Shown here in pieces: positions 62,961 through 64,000 of a stretch of 64,000 nt of DNA; positions within the stretch are counted from its first letter, which is position 1, and the number at the start of each line of letters is the position of its first letter. The translations under genes and the position numbers were made by a program. The stretch is from assembly GCA_025999155.1 (NCBI GenBank), contig AP026679.1, positions 291,996 through 355,995 of the forward strand. Reading direction: 5' to 3'. Origin of the DNA: Candidatus Dojkabacteria bacterium (GTDB lineage: Bacteria > Patescibacteriota > Dojkabacteria > JAOAGR01). The notes under the pieces are model-generated. The model was not told the origin of the DNA. It saw only the letters and a list, made by a program, of their open reading frames with translations, and searched no databases.

Positions 62961-63688
62961 AAAGTCTGCATTGCGATTAATCTTCCTCTTACAATAAGTC
63001 GTTGTTTGTTAGAACCCGGCGGATGACAAGTCTGTAGTGTCACTATCCTACCATCTGCAGCTCCTGTCACATAACTAACATCGTCAGGATCGACAATAGT
63101 CTTTTCAAAGACTATAAAATCATACTGCCGGCCTTGATATACAACGGTAAAAAGATCATCAAACTCCAGTTTATTGAGTAATGTGAATTCTGCATTATAT
63201 CTCGGTATATCCCAAACATTACGTGATGAATGTGAAAATAACAAAGAATTACCATACTGACCAGGCTCCACAGTACCTCTAGCCCAGCCAATACCTTGCT
63301 TTAAAGCTTCTTGAACAGCTACTTCATCTGTAATGTCTACATCCTTAATGACTTTCTTATTTACATTAATTTTTGGAATGATTACAGAAAAATCACGATC
63401 CACAGGTTCAGGAATAGGATTGACCGGTTCTAAGAGTATTTCGGATTCTTTCAAAAGCTTTGGTACATCATTTGCTACTATTAATCTTTTCTTATAATCT
63501 TCATTAAATACATTATCGTAAGCATATAAGATCTCGTGCCACATTATAGGACCATATAATACAAGAATCACCAATAAAGAGATTATCATCAAAAAATTCA
63601 AAATCATCAACGCAAATAATTTGCTTGCAGATCTCTTTTTGCGGCGATGTACATGAGCATATGAATATGTTGGTAGTCTTGTATTCAT
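62957..63688 (-). CDS. sortase family transpeptidase
   Basis: N-terminal anchor, catalytic His region (LLFSHSS), TLQTC active-site Cys motif, downstream conserved Arg (RLIVRGR). Confidence 0.7.
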   Translation of the reverse strand: MNTRLPTYSYAHVHRRKKRSASKLFALMILNFLMIISLLVILVLYGPIMWHEILYAYDNVFNEDYKKRLIVANDVPKLLKESEILLEPVNPIPEPVDRDFSVIIPKINVNKKVIKDVDITDEVAVQEALKQGIGWARGTVEPGQYGNSLLFSHSSRNVWDIPRYNAEFTLLNKLEFDDLFTVVYQGRQYDFIVFEKTIVDPDDVSYVTGAADGRIVTLQTCHPPGSNKQRLIVRGRLIAMQTF

Positions 63689-63782
63689 ATCAATATTATA
63701 TCATATTATAGGCTAATTATCGAGTTTATTATAATTCTCCTGTATAATTCATATAATTATATACTTTAATAAGTGCAAGCAT

Positions 63783-63859
63783 GCGAGTGTAGCTCAGTAG
63801 GATAGAGCAAGGCACTCCTAACGCCTAGGTCACAGGTTCGAATCCTGTCACTCGCGCCA
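63783..63859 (+). tRNA. tRNA-Arg (CCT)
   Basis: acceptor GCGAGTG/CACTCGC, D-arm TAGCTCAGTAGGATAGAGC, anticodon loop CT-CCT-AA, T-loop GGTTCGAATCC, G73 + CCA. Confidence 0.8.
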
Positions 63860-64000
63860 TAATGATTCACGAGACTGGTTTTCGCAGTCAATATAGCAAA
63901 GTATGCTTCTGTGTTATCGGGTTAATATTTATCTTATCTTAAATCACACGAAACACGAATCTAAGAAGATGCTACTCTATTTTATCGACAGAGCTAGCCA

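Overview
This is a low-GC (roughly one-third GC) bacterial window with a compact, reduced-genome character; a CPR/Patescibacteria-like organism is my inference only, based on a truncated atpH, rpsB-tsf-frr without pyrH, many short genes, and a sortase. Standard stop codons and a tRNA-Trp(CCA) are consistent with translation table 11. Housekeeping content: frr-tsf-rpsB and rseP; mreBCD; bL28; secE-nusG-rplKA, then a complete F-type ATP synthase operon (atpBEFHAGDC), then rplJL; cysS, uppP, valS, sodA/B, a HIT protein, an HPF, ilvA plus ridA, and a MacB-type ABC pair. RNA genes: tmRNA, and nine tRNAs (Asn, Thr-TGT, Thr-GGT twice, Tyr, Glu, Trp, Gln, Arg-CCT). The most unusual region is 17.7-26.4 kb. 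It holds a segmentally duplicated minus-strand cassette of tRNA-Thr(GGT), rpmG, a large membrane-anchored beta-propeller-like protein, and a small membrane-anchored protein. It is present in three copies in different states of decay (intact L33 only in copy A, L33 pseudogenes in B and C, a frameshifted small protein in B), plus a fourth divergent small protein. It reads as a tRNA-associated, recently expanded and diversifying surface-protein locus. Other notable items: a 1058-aa N-anchored repeat protein with two DNA-identical 336-bp tandem units; a frameshifted PduO-type corrinoid adenosyltransferase translationally coupled to a zinc-ribbon/coiled-coil protein; a candidate structured ncRNA with an intrinsic terminator downstream of ssrA; a degraded DUF192 paralog; and a tRNA-Gln-adjacent degraded ORF next to two tandem paralogous hypotheticals. 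No CRISPR array, rRNA, or intact IS or prophage was seen.
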